Shown here in pieces: positions 9,901 through 17,020 of a stretch of 37,379 nt of DNA. The DNA is from an uncultured Chitinophagaceae bacterium (GTDB taxonomy: Bacteria > Bacteroidota > Bacteroidia > Chitinophagales > Chitinophagaceae). A program made the translations under genes and the position numbers. How positions within the stretch are numbered: the stretch's first letter is position 1; the number at the start of each line of letters is the position of its first letter. The stretch covers positions 1 to 37,379 of the forward strand of contig CAZLDH010000005.1 in assembly GCA_964558275.1 (NCBI GenBank), read 5' to 3'. Below the pieces are notes generated by a model. It made no database searches. It was not told where the DNA came from and saw only the letters and a program-made list of their open reading frames with translations.

Positions 9901-10258
9901 TGTTAACTACAATCAGATTATTATCTAAAATTGTAAAATTAATATTTAATGCTTTCGACATAGAGTCTAGCACGTCGGAAAGTTGTGCATCTTTTACTTC
10001 CAAATTTATCCTTGGCAGATCTTCTAAAGTGTTATTATTATAATAAAATATATACTTAGATTCTTTCTCCAGATGATGCAACGCCTTTGCTATTTTCGTT
10101 TTCTCAAAATGAACCGATATTGTACTCTGGGCACGACCTGTAGCAGATACCTGCATAAAGCCTAAAAGTAAAAAAAGCGCCGTAAGCTTAGTCATAAGTA
10201 ATATCTTTCGAAACAGGGGAGGCATAACAACCTCCCTTCTGGTAACTAGATTTTTCAT
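6989..10258 (-). CDS. SusC/RagA-family TonB-linked outer-membrane transporter with N-terminal STN signalling domain
   Basis: The signal peptide is followed by an STN-like segment (ISVHFEKTKIAKALHHLEKESKYIFYY...NINFTILDNNLIVV). A carboxypeptidase-regulatory-like domain follows (VSGQIVDAEGNPLVGVTIKVKGTSTGTVTDVDGSFSL). Then come the plug, the barrel and a terminal aromatic F. I placed the start at MKNLVTRRE (ATG 10258). The track start at 10336 adds 26 residues that do not resemble a signal sequence, and MTKLTALFLLL is another possible start. Confidence 0.9.
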   Translation of the reverse strand: MKNLVTRREVVMPPLFRKILLMTKLTALFLLLGFMQVSATGRAQSTISVHFEKTKIAKALHHLEKESKYIFYYNNNTLEDLPRINLEVKDAQLSDVLDSMSKALNINFTILDNNLIVVNKPNEALFVQDVSGQIVDAEGNPLVGVTIKVKGTSTGTVTDVDGSFSLEGVPEDATLVISYVGFETKEVLLNGKSELDITLTPSSKNLDELVVVGYGTQKKKEITSAIANVDAEDFNKGGVTSPMGLIQGKVAGLTITNTSAGNPNAGTSIQLRGITSLKGDLAPLIIIDGIPGGNLDLLQQDDIASISVLKDGSAAAIYGTRANGGVILVTTKKGKAGAPKFSYSTYFKHEAVYKRPNNLTASEYRKLIDQGVIDGKYDIGATTDMYDSLINKNNLSQYHYFSATGGTEKTNYRASVYYNKAEGIAKQNGREEFGGRINVNQTGLNDRLKIQLNLASNVNNANLLGGQVGDFEQAVQWNPTAPIHDPNGYGGFYQFEGYNSYNPMSRLAYRVDKRQQQTFSGSLTATLDLYKGLSVSAFGSYQRNNYNDREYRSSKDWTQRPSSEYQGMAYASKFNHIDWQKTFEATLHYNTTFNTDHSFKALLGYSYQYATVEEFNVNNNGFTSDAYKDWNLGAGAAINNDALPKPGMGSNKYDNTLIAFFGRLDYNYKEKYFAQAILRYEGSSRFGANHKWGYFPAVSAGWAISEESFMQDVSFVNNLKLRVGYGETGNQGIDNYMSLVTLGTGGVYPQHGSFYQTYGPARNPNPNLRWEKKKEWNYGLDFTLLDYRLSGSLNVFNRNTVDLLYSYTAQLPPYVQNEILTNVGSIGNKGVELHINYAAIDREDLEWTISFNGSSLRNEMTSLSNEMYKSNYLEFYGLPSPGNLGPAIRIEQGGAVGNFYGKRFAGFTNDGKFLFYKADGSTGTAAEMSQEDLTVIGNGIPKYMASFNSYLRYKNFDLTLFFRGKFDYDILNLKQLYFGNKNWLPNNVLESAVTKNKHITDDPQYSDYYLENGDFVKLDNVTLGYSFDMQNSSYVRNLRIYVTARHLFTFTGYSGIDPEVQDTGFETGIDGRGFYPAIRSFTIGLDLGF

Positions 10259-10399
10259 ATATTGCAATTCTATTAAGTTAAATCCCGAATTATCGGGATA
10301 TGAGGATTTATTTTCTCTACGCGGGGAATACGCCAATATTTCCCGCTTTTTTTATTTCTCCCTATCAAGGTGGCCTTTCTTTATTTCGCATACTATTTT

Positions 10400-11467
10400 T
10401 TACTTAATAATTAATTTATTGTACTCCATTTCATAATCAAAAGGTTTGATCATTTGAAGAATCTTCAGCAATTTTTTTAGAGATACATTATCGGCACGAC
10501 CGGTAAATCGTTGCTTTGCAAGTACCGAATCTTTAATAATAATATCCACACCATACCACCGCTTTAATCTTTTGGACAGCTTTTCTAATGTTTCATTCTT
10601 AAACAAAAAAGTATTCTGCTTCCATGCAGTTTCCGCAATTAAATTGCTATCTAATACTTTAATTGGTTCAAGTTTCACTTTCCTGGAAAGCACTGCCAAA
10701 TTATCATTATCTAACTTTTCTGTCTCACTTTTCTCAGCTATTTCATGTTCAGGAGAAAAATTGTTTACAACGATTTTCTGTTTGGGTTTCAATTGAATTT
10801 GTCGAATTTCGTCTCCTTTATCTACCATTATATTTACAGCTCCATTGATTAAAATAGCTTCTGAATATGATTCATCAGCATAAGCTCTGATATTCACCTC
10901 AGTTCCCAATACTTTTGCATCTAAATGCGCTGTATGAATAATAAACGGTCGATCCGCATTATGAGTCACCTTAAAATAAGCCTCCCCTTTCAAATAAACC
11001 TGCCTTTTGTTCCCTTCAAAATGCGAAGGATATTTTAAAACGCTACCGGCATTAAGCCAAACTTTTGTCCCATCTGCCAAGCGTATGGACGTTCTGATAC
11101 CATTTGCCGTTTCCATTTTTTCCCAACTCACTTGTGTTTCCGGATTTTGACCAAAAAAATAAAACAGTGATCCTCCTAACAGAAGAAGTATCACAACCGG
11201 TAACAACAATTTTGTAGCAAATCGTTTTTTAGTTTTTCTCCTTAATACTCCTTTAAATCTTTCTTTTTCTAGAATAGAATCAACAACTTCATCTACCTCA
11301 CCTTTAGGAATTTCAGGCTCCAATCGGCTATCCAGTTGTTGTAACAATCCCGATTTCAACCAATAATCGGGCTGCTCCCACATCATATTTTCCAACTCCG
11401 CTTTTTCTTCAGCAGATATCTGATTGGTCCAATATTTTGCGAGTAATTCCTCTAGTCTGTCATCCAT
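10400..11467 (-). CDS. FecR-family anti-sigma factor / transmembrane sensor
   Basis: The 355-aa product has a cytoplasmic N-terminus and a single TM helix (LLLPVVILLLLGGSLFYFF). A periplasmic FecR-like domain follows. Its position between an ECF sigma gene and an STN-SusC gene is the canonical arrangement. Confidence 0.9.
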   Translation of the reverse strand: MDDRLEELLAKYWTNQISAEEKAELENMMWEQPDYWLKSGLLQQLDSRLEPEIPKGEVDEVVDSILEKERFKGVLRRKTKKRFATKLLLPVVILLLLGGSLFYFFGQNPETQVSWEKMETANGIRTSIRLADGTKVWLNAGSVLKYPSHFEGNKRQVYLKGEAYFKVTHNADRPFIIHTAHLDAKVLGTEVNIRAYADESYSEAILINGAVNIMVDKGDEIRQIQLKPKQKIVVNNFSPEHEIAEKSETEKLDNDNLAVLSRKVKLEPIKVLDSNLIAETAWKQNTFLFKNETLEKLSKRLKRWYGVDIIIKDSVLAKQRFTGRADNVSLKKLLKILQMIKPFDYEMEYNKLIIK

Positions 11468-11537
11468 AGGTTATTTCCTTATCTATTTATACAGACAACT
11501 GAAAAAGGGAAAGCAATTAAATAGGAATCGTTTTTTT

Positions 11538-12098
11538 TTAAGAATGCGTATTTTTATAGTTGTGATCCAGTGTTTTCCAAAGCTTTTTTAAAGCGATCGT
11601 CATTTGCACATTCACGGTAGCCGGCGAAATATCTAGAAGTTCTGCTGCCTGACGATAGCTCAAACCATCTTCTTTTACCAGGGTAAAAATTTTTCTGCAG
11701 CGCAGCGGAAGTGCATTAATAGCTTCTTTAATACAGGATAAGGTTTCCTCACTAATCACCAAATCTTCGGGCGTGCGTAATGACTTTAATTCGGGATTCA
11801 ACTTATAAATCCGTTCCACCTCTTCTTTTTTGTTATTTTTCTTCAAATAATTGAGGGATGTATTTTTAACTGCCCTATAAAGATAGGCAGTAAATTTATC
11901 GCTTTCGGGAAGATTTTCTCTTAAACGCCAGATTTTCAAAAAAACATCATGGATAATCTCCTCTACATCTTCCCTATTTTTCACTATACTAAATGCAAAT
12001 TGATAGAGGCGATCATAATACAGATGTACCAACCGCCGAAAGGCTCTCTCATTGCCGTTTGAAATATGCCGTAGATGTGTTTTAAAAGATTGGTGCAT
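11538..12098 (-). CDS. ECF-type RNA polymerase sigma-70 family factor
   Basis: The 186-aa product has a region-2 segment (YDRLYQFAFSIVKNREDVEEIIHDVFLKIW). It also has a region-4 helix-turn-helix (GLSYRQAAELLDISPATVNVQMTIALKKL). Confidence 0.9.
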   Translation of the reverse strand: MHQSFKTHLRHISNGNERAFRRLVHLYYDRLYQFAFSIVKNREDVEEIIHDVFLKIWRLRENLPESDKFTAYLYRAVKNTSLNYLKKNNKKEEVERIYKLNPELKSLRTPEDLVISEETLSCIKEAINALPLRCRKIFTLVKEDGLSYRQAAELLDISPATVNVQMTIALKKLWKTLDHNYKNTHS

Positions 12099-12162
12099 AG
12101 TAAATTGAGGCCCAAATATAATTATATTTTCGGATTATACAACTTTCTTTACAAGTTAAGCC

Positions 12163-13938
12163 CTACTCAATATTCCATCCGTCAATGGTAACCTTGGCAT
12201 TCGCTCCTTTCAAATCTTTGGTATGGCAATAACCGGATATCAGACGTTCCTCTCCAGGTAGGAGTGTAATATAATTTGCATCCCAAAAGACCGGCACTAC
12301 AGCAGTTAAAGTTTTACTGTTCTTTAAACCTAAATGGATCATGAAGGCTAAGTTATCTGAAGGGTTTTTAATATGAATGTGGAAGCAGGTAGAATCTCCT
12401 TTTTCTTCAAATTGTTTATCTACTTCTAGATTTACAGCATCTAATTGCTGTAAAAAAGTAAGATCTGCATATTGAGATTGTGGGGTAATATAGTAAGTGC
12501 TTCCCTTTTCTTTCAATAGGTCTTTTTGCATAGATAATACATAGAAGTTTGTGCTAACTACCTGTTCTTTTTTTCCATATAGTTTCAAAGATAAAAACCA
12601 AGTGTTACTTAAATCCAATTTTTGAGGCAACTTAAATAAGTTTTTTGTACTTCTCCCTAACAAACTATCTATATCTGTAGTAGTATGCCATACCTCTTTC
12701 ATGTTAGCATTAAATATGGTTGCTGTGGCTGACAAAGGTTCGGTTGTTTTAAGCGTATTATTAAATACCATTACTTTATCATCTCCGTAATTATAAGCAA
12801 TATGGATAGGTTCATTCGCTTTGCGTGCCCCATAGAATGCTGCATTAGGCATTAAATAATAATCATATAATTGCCACCATAACTTTGGCCAGGAAGAATT
12901 TAACATCCATTGAATCACGCCTGTTGCTTCAAAACGGTTCGCTTCAAAAGCTTCAAACATGCTCCGCATGCCTTCATAATTCAGATATTGCGCTTTACGC
13001 AAATAGTCATTTAAATTTTCAGGTGCTCCCAGTCTATGATTCATTGCCCTGTTATAAGCTGTAAAATTATGAAAAACACCTCTGGCTGCATGATACAACC
13101 AAGTGTCACTAATAGGCCATAATGAATCTACAGGCATCATTTTTTTCAGGCTTTCCAATACAGGAATTTGCGGTCCGGGACTTGTTTCTGTATTAAAGCC
13201 AAAGGCTCCTCCATAGGTAGAGTCAATATACCAATAATTAGGTGGAACATAATCATAAGGGCCTCGCATTTTTACTGCAGAAGAACCGGAAATCTCACTC
13301 ACATGTTCCTTGGCAGAAGACAATGCCGGTCGTGTGGTATCATATTTTTTTAAAGTAGCTAAATATCTCCTTTCTAAGTCCGGATCGGGGATTCTGTCAC
13401 TCCCATACATCCACAAGAAAATACTGGGATGATTTCTCAACCACAAGATTTGATCCCTCCAAGAACGAGCCGCAACATCATTTTGTTCCGCTGTCACGAT
13501 AGCACTATATTTTCCTCCTTTTTCCATTCCAATCAGATGCGCCCACTCCCATTGACAACTCAAACCTGCCATGATTAATATCCCTTTCTGATCACATAAA
13601 TTGTAGAGATGCTGATTATTACCCCAAAAGCCCTCCATTCGAATCGTGTTTAGATTCATGTGCACCGCATAATCAATACCGGCTTCTTCATAAGCCGAAT
13701 CGGCATTTAGCAACATCGGATCTACCCAGCCTCCACCCTTGATGAGTATCTTTTTCCCATTGAGCCTAAAACCTCTAAATCCTTCCTTATTGATATAATC
13801 AGAAACCTGCCGAATGCCAAATTGAAGATACGCTGTATCAGAACGCATTCCATCTATATTAAAGGACAAATGTAAATCATAAAGATTGGGCTTACCGAGG
13901 GTATGAATCCACCATAATCGGGGATTATCAATATTCAA
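12163..13938 (-). CDS. glycoside hydrolase family 2, C-terminal fragment (end of Ig-like domain, TIM barrel and C-terminal sandwich domains); part of a disrupted gene
   Basis: The fragment begins, at a TTG only, with NIDNPRLWWIHTLGKPNLYDL, a motif that is internal to GH2 enzymes. It contains NTIRMEGFWG, NHPSIFLWMYGSD and FGFNTETSPG, which are typical of the exo-beta-D-glucosaminidase / beta-mannosidase-like GH2 branch. It has no signal peptide of its own. Confidence 0.8.
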   Translation of the reverse strand: MNIDNPRLWWIHTLGKPNLYDLHLSFNIDGMRSDTAYLQFGIRQVSDYINKEGFRGFRLNGKKILIKGGGWVDPMLLNADSAYEEAGIDYAVHMNLNTIRMEGFWGNNQHLYNLCDQKGILIMAGLSCQWEWAHLIGMEKGGKYSAIVTAEQNDVAARSWRDQILWLRNHPSIFLWMYGSDRIPDPDLERRYLATLKKYDTTRPALSSAKEHVSEISGSSAVKMRGPYDYVPPNYWYIDSTYGGAFGFNTETSPGPQIPVLESLKKMMPVDSLWPISDTWLYHAARGVFHNFTAYNRAMNHRLGAPENLNDYLRKAQYLNYEGMRSMFEAFEANRFEATGVIQWMLNSSWPKLWWQLYDYYLMPNAAFYGARKANEPIHIAYNYGDDKVMVFNNTLKTTEPLSATATIFNANMKEVWHTTTDIDSLLGRSTKNLFKLPQKLDLSNTWFLSLKLYGKKEQVVSTNFYVLSMQKDLLKEKGSTYYITPQSQYADLTFLQQLDAVNLEVDKQFEEKGDSTCFHIHIKNPSDNLAFMIHLGLKNSKTLTAVVPVFWDANYITLLPGEERLISGYCHTKDLKGANAKVTIDGWNIE

Positions 13939-13942
13939 TAGA

Positions 13943-14821
13943 TCATAATCTTCTACGAGCAGGGTTACCTTTAATTATACCTAAATCTTCCGGTGTAAAA
14001 ACTATTTTCTTCCCGGAATGTGGCAATAATTCAACTTTTTTTGTCAATTGAATGTCTTTTCCTATTTGCCCCTTCAGTTTTCCTTTTATGGTATCATCAC
14101 TATGATTTTCTACAAAAGAAGAAATGGTCAAAGCCGCATGATTAAGTGTGGATGTATCTATTTTTGACTGTACAAAAGACCTGTTGATAGACACCGAACC
14201 CGATACCTGCAACACTATTGAACGCCAAATGCCCATACTATGATCCGGAGGTGTAGGATTCCAATCCACAAAACCTAAAGTTAAATTTCCAGCTTCAGGT
14301 CTAAATACCTTTAGGGCGAGCACATTGGTGCCTTCTTGAGCAAATTTTGAAATATCAATATTATATCTACAAAAGCCTCCTTTAACAGAATCACCCGAAG
14401 CTACCATATGCCCATTCAACCATAAATCTGCTTTATAATTCACCCCATTGAGTTGAAGACGAATGACTTGATTTGGTCGTAATTTTTGTAGGTTAAAAGA
14501 TGTTCTATACCACCACGGATATTGAAATGCACTATCGGAAATACTTTTTAGATTCTCCCCATAAAATATGTTTTGATATACACTATCCGCAACCAAAGCT
14601 CCCAAAACCGTCCCCGGCACCTTTGCATCATACCATGCCCGAGCAGTAAAATCTGTTGTAGAAATATCCGTTCCTGTCTTAGCAACCTTTTTTGAAGACT
14701 GAATTTGCCAACCCGAATCTAAGGTTTGTGTATATATGCGACTATCTTTAGACGAATGACAAGACAACAATATACACATTATAAAAAAGACAAAAACAAG
14801 GTTGTTGCATAAAACTTTCAT
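13943..14821 (-). CDS. glycoside hydrolase family 2, N-terminal fragment (lipoprotein signal plus sugar-binding domain); part of a disrupted gene
   Basis: I placed the start at MKVLCNNLVFVFFIMCILLSCHSS (ATG 14821, L-L-S-C lipobox). A GH2 N-terminal beta-sandwich follows (WYDAKVPGTVLGAL...YPWWYRTSF...LNGVNYKADLWLNGH). The ORF ends at a TGA only 4 nt before the next GH2 fragment, which is in another frame. Confidence 0.8.
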   Translation of the reverse strand: MKVLCNNLVFVFFIMCILLSCHSSKDSRIYTQTLDSGWQIQSSKKVAKTGTDISTTDFTARAWYDAKVPGTVLGALVADSVYQNIFYGENLKSISDSAFQYPWWYRTSFNLQKLRPNQVIRLQLNGVNYKADLWLNGHMVASGDSVKGGFCRYNIDISKFAQEGTNVLALKVFRPEAGNLTLGFVDWNPTPPDHSMGIWRSIVLQVSGSVSINRSFVQSKIDTSTLNHAALTISSFVENHSDDTIKGKLKGQIGKDIQLTKKVELLPHSGKKIVFTPEDLGIIKGNPARRRL

Positions 14822-14883
14822 AGTGTAAAAATGCAAAATATTCCTCATTTATTTAAATAAACCATTTTGCCTACTGATCTCTC

Positions 14884-15333
14884 CTACCCTTTTCTATATT
14901 TCTCAGGGTAATAAGGAGTTAAAGAAGCGACTAACACAAGCAGAGAAGCAGCCAGAAAAATATACAATCCAAAGGCAGTATCAGAACTATATTGTGTAAA
15001 TCGGGTAGGAGAATACATTTGCGTTGCATGTGAATAAAAAGAAGAATACACATTCACCCCCCAGGCTATAACAACCACACCAAAAAGCACTCCGGCAATT
15101 TTTACCCATAACTTATAAATGAAAACGGTAAGAATAAACAACACGCTAAATATTAAAGTCAATAATGCAGGCTTGTAACTAGATGAAATGGTATTCATTC
15201 CTGTTAACGTTGCCTTCATTGAGCCCCCTTGATAGATATGCGCCCAGGGTAAATATGCAGCGACAAAGAGTATAACAACGGCAATAATACCTACGATTCG
15301 AGATACTTTGGTGATGTCAAAATTCTTTTTCAT
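14884..15333 (-). CDS. hypothetical integral membrane protein (about 4 TM helices)
   Basis: The 149-aa ORF has four clearly hydrophobic segments. It lies 17 nt downstream of pyrB on the same strand. I recognise no family. Confidence 0.6.
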   Translation of the reverse strand: MKKNFDITKVSRIVGIIAVVILFVAAYLPWAHIYQGGSMKATLTGMNTISSSYKPALLTLIFSVLFILTVFIYKLWVKIAGVLFGVVVIAWGVNVYSSFYSHATQMYSPTRFTQYSSDTAFGLYIFLAASLLVLVASLTPYYPEKYRKG

Positions 15334-15350
15334 CTTATTCAGTTTTGATT

Positions 15351-16283
15351 TTAAGTAGCTTCTCTTCCTGATGCCAAAAGATACAATACAGCCATCCGAA
15401 CGGCTACCCCGTTTTCTACCTGATGTAGGATAATAGATTGCTTGGAATCAGCCACATCCGAATTTAGTTCCACCCCTCTATTGATAGGTCCCGGATGCAT
15501 AATCACAATTTCTTTATCTAAGCTGTCCAGCAATGCTTTATCAATTCCATAAAATCGATTGTATTCTCGTAAGGTAGAGAACAAGGGTACATTCTGACGT
15601 TCTAATTGAATCCGTAACACATTTGCCACATCGCACCATTCCAAAGCATCTCGTAAATTGTAAGACACCTTTACATTCAATGCCTTTTCATAATATTTGG
15701 GAATGAGTGTTGGCGGACCTGCAACCATCACTTCTGCACCCAATTTCTGAAGACAATAGATATTGGATAAGGCTACCCTGGAATGAGAAATATCTCCAAG
15801 TATAGCCACTTTCTTTCCCTTTACTTCTCCAAACTTTTCTCTAATCGAAAAGGAATCTAACAAAGCCTGGGTTGGATGTTCATCTGTACCATCACCGGCA
15901 TTTATGATGGGAACATCCACATGCTTAGCTAAAAAATGTGGCGCCCACACTGCAGCATGTCGCAACACGACCAAATCTATTTTCATAGACAAGATATTGT
16001 TTACCGTATCCACAAAAGTCTCTCCTTTCTTTAGAGAAGAATTAGAAGCACTAAAATTAACAACATCAGCTGAGAGCCTTTTTTCTGCCAGCTCAAAAGA
16101 CATTCTTGTGCGCGTGGAATTCTCAAAAAACAAATTGGCTATAGTCGTATCCCTTAGGGAAGGAACTTTTTTGATAGGTCGCTTTAATACCTCTTTAAAA
16201 TTATCTGCTGTTTTAAAAATCAGTTCTATATCCTGACGTGTCAGTTCTCTAATCCCCAGCAGATGTTTAACAGATAACCCCAT
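15351..16283 (-). CDS. pyrB: aspartate carbamoyltransferase catalytic subunit
   Basis: The carbamoyl-phosphate motif is ENSTRTRMSFE. The sequence also contains HPTQALLD and HPGPINRG, and its length is 310 aa. Confidence 0.97.
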   Translation of the reverse strand: MGLSVKHLLGIRELTRQDIELIFKTADNFKEVLKRPIKKVPSLRDTTIANLFFENSTRTRMSFELAEKRLSADVVNFSASNSSLKKGETFVDTVNNILSMKIDLVVLRHAAVWAPHFLAKHVDVPIINAGDGTDEHPTQALLDSFSIREKFGEVKGKKVAILGDISHSRVALSNIYCLQKLGAEVMVAGPPTLIPKYYEKALNVKVSYNLRDALEWCDVANVLRIQLERQNVPLFSTLREYNRFYGIDKALLDSLDKEIVIMHPGPINRGVELNSDVADSKQSIILHQVENGVAVRMAVLYLLASGREAT

Positions 16284-16291
16284 TTAAAATG

Positions 16292-16299
16292 CAAATTTA
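16292..16299 (-). promoter_or_regulatory. -7 promoter box TAAATTTG upstream of pyrB
   Basis: The minus strand reads TAAATTTGCATTTTAA-ATG, a perfect TAnnTTTG 8 nt before the pyrB ATG. The same TAAATTTGCA decamer recurs upstream of galE and guaB. Confidence 0.5.
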
Positions 16300-16396
16300 A
16301 AAACAAAAATTGAAGAAGAACAGTTCTATCATAGAAATTTAATCCGGGTTCATTTTTATTAACATAACAAACTGATAACAAATATATTATGTCTAT

Positions 16397-16924
16397 TTAG
16401 GTATCAATCAAAATTACGCTACCATTATTTCCATCCCACGCCACCTTCACATTTTGTGTAATTAAAGCATCCATCTGACGACCGGCATAATTAGGCTGAA
16501 TAGGTAACTGACGACCATATAACCGATCTATCAAAACCAAAAGTTCTACTTTCTGTGGTCTGCCAAAATCCAAAATAGCATTTAATGCAGAACGAATAGT
16601 TCTTCCTGTAAAAAGCACATCATCAACAAGAATAACTTTTTTATTTTCTACCGAAAATGGAAGTTCTGTTTTGTTTGGCACCGGTCGATTTTCTTTTTTA
16701 TGAAAATCATCTCTATAAAAGGTAATATCCAATTTGCCATAGGGAATAGAAAGATCCGGGAGGAGAAGATTCAATTTTTTAAATATTCGATCCGATAAAT
16801 AAACACCTCTCGGTTGCAAACCAATCAGCACAGTTTCTTCAAATAGAATATGATTTTCAATTAATTGATGACATAACCGCTCTATTGTGATGTCTAATTG
16901 TACTTGATTTAAAATTGTTTTCAA
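16397..16924 (-). CDS. pyrR: PyrR: bifunctional pyrimidine regulatory protein / uracil phosphoribosyltransferase
   Basis: The PRPP-binding motif is VILVDDVLFTGRTIRSAL. I placed the start at the TTG at 16924, giving MKTILNQVQLDITIERL, a typical PyrR N-terminus. That TTG is preceded by AGAGGAGGCAAG. The track start (TTG 16945) lies inside the predicted -7 box. Start position is uncertain by 7 codons. Confidence 0.88.
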   Translation of the reverse strand: MKTILNQVQLDITIERLCHQLIENHILFEETVLIGLQPRGVYLSDRIFKKLNLLLPDLSIPYGKLDITFYRDDFHKKENRPVPNKTELPFSVENKKVILVDDVLFTGRTIRSALNAILDFGRPQKVELLVLIDRLYGRQLPIQPNYAGRQMDALITQNVKVAWDGNNGSVILIDT

Positions 16925-16942
16925 CTTGCCTCCTCTTTCTAA

Positions 16943-16950
16943 CAAAAATA
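16943..16950 (-). promoter_or_regulatory. -7 promoter box TATTTTTG upstream of pyrR
   Basis: This is a perfect TAnnTTTG on the minus strand, ending 18 nt before the proposed TTG start. Confidence 0.4.
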
Positions 16951-17020
16951 GAAAACTTTCCTATAAATACCGAAACAATCTAAAGTCAGAAATATTTCGG
17001 CTTGCAATCGCTATCCTTTC

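Noticed and set aside
10259-10336. A 26-residue N-terminal extension of the SusC ORF (MAYSPRRENKSSYPDNSGFNLIELQY...).
   Set aside because: The extension is hydrophilic and precedes the real signal-peptide region. SusC proteins normally begin shortly before the hydrophobic core, so I moved the start to ATG 10258. This is not proven.
13943-13990. Two ideas about the GH2 break. One is programmed ribosomal frameshifting. The other is a small tandem duplication, because EDLGIIKGNP in one frame resembles EDYDLLNIDNP in the other.
   Set aside because: There is no slippery heptamer or downstream stimulatory structure, and the required shift (+1) lacks any known recoding context. The two peptide look-alikes share only weak nucleotide identity, so a recent duplication is not supported. 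A simple indel, real or from sequencing, is the economical explanation.
15904-16236. A 110-aa ORF antisense to pyrB, and a 99-aa ORF (28851..29150) antisense to the MazG-like gene.
   Set aside because: They are long only because the sense genes lack the complementary stop triplets. They have no motifs and overlap well-supported genes completely.
16946-17020. The hairpin CCGAAA-N21-TTTCGG between the MFS stop and pyrR, considered as an intrinsic terminator.
   Set aside because: It has only 6 AT-rich base pairs, a 21-nt loop and no U-tract. That is indistinguishable from chance in this composition.
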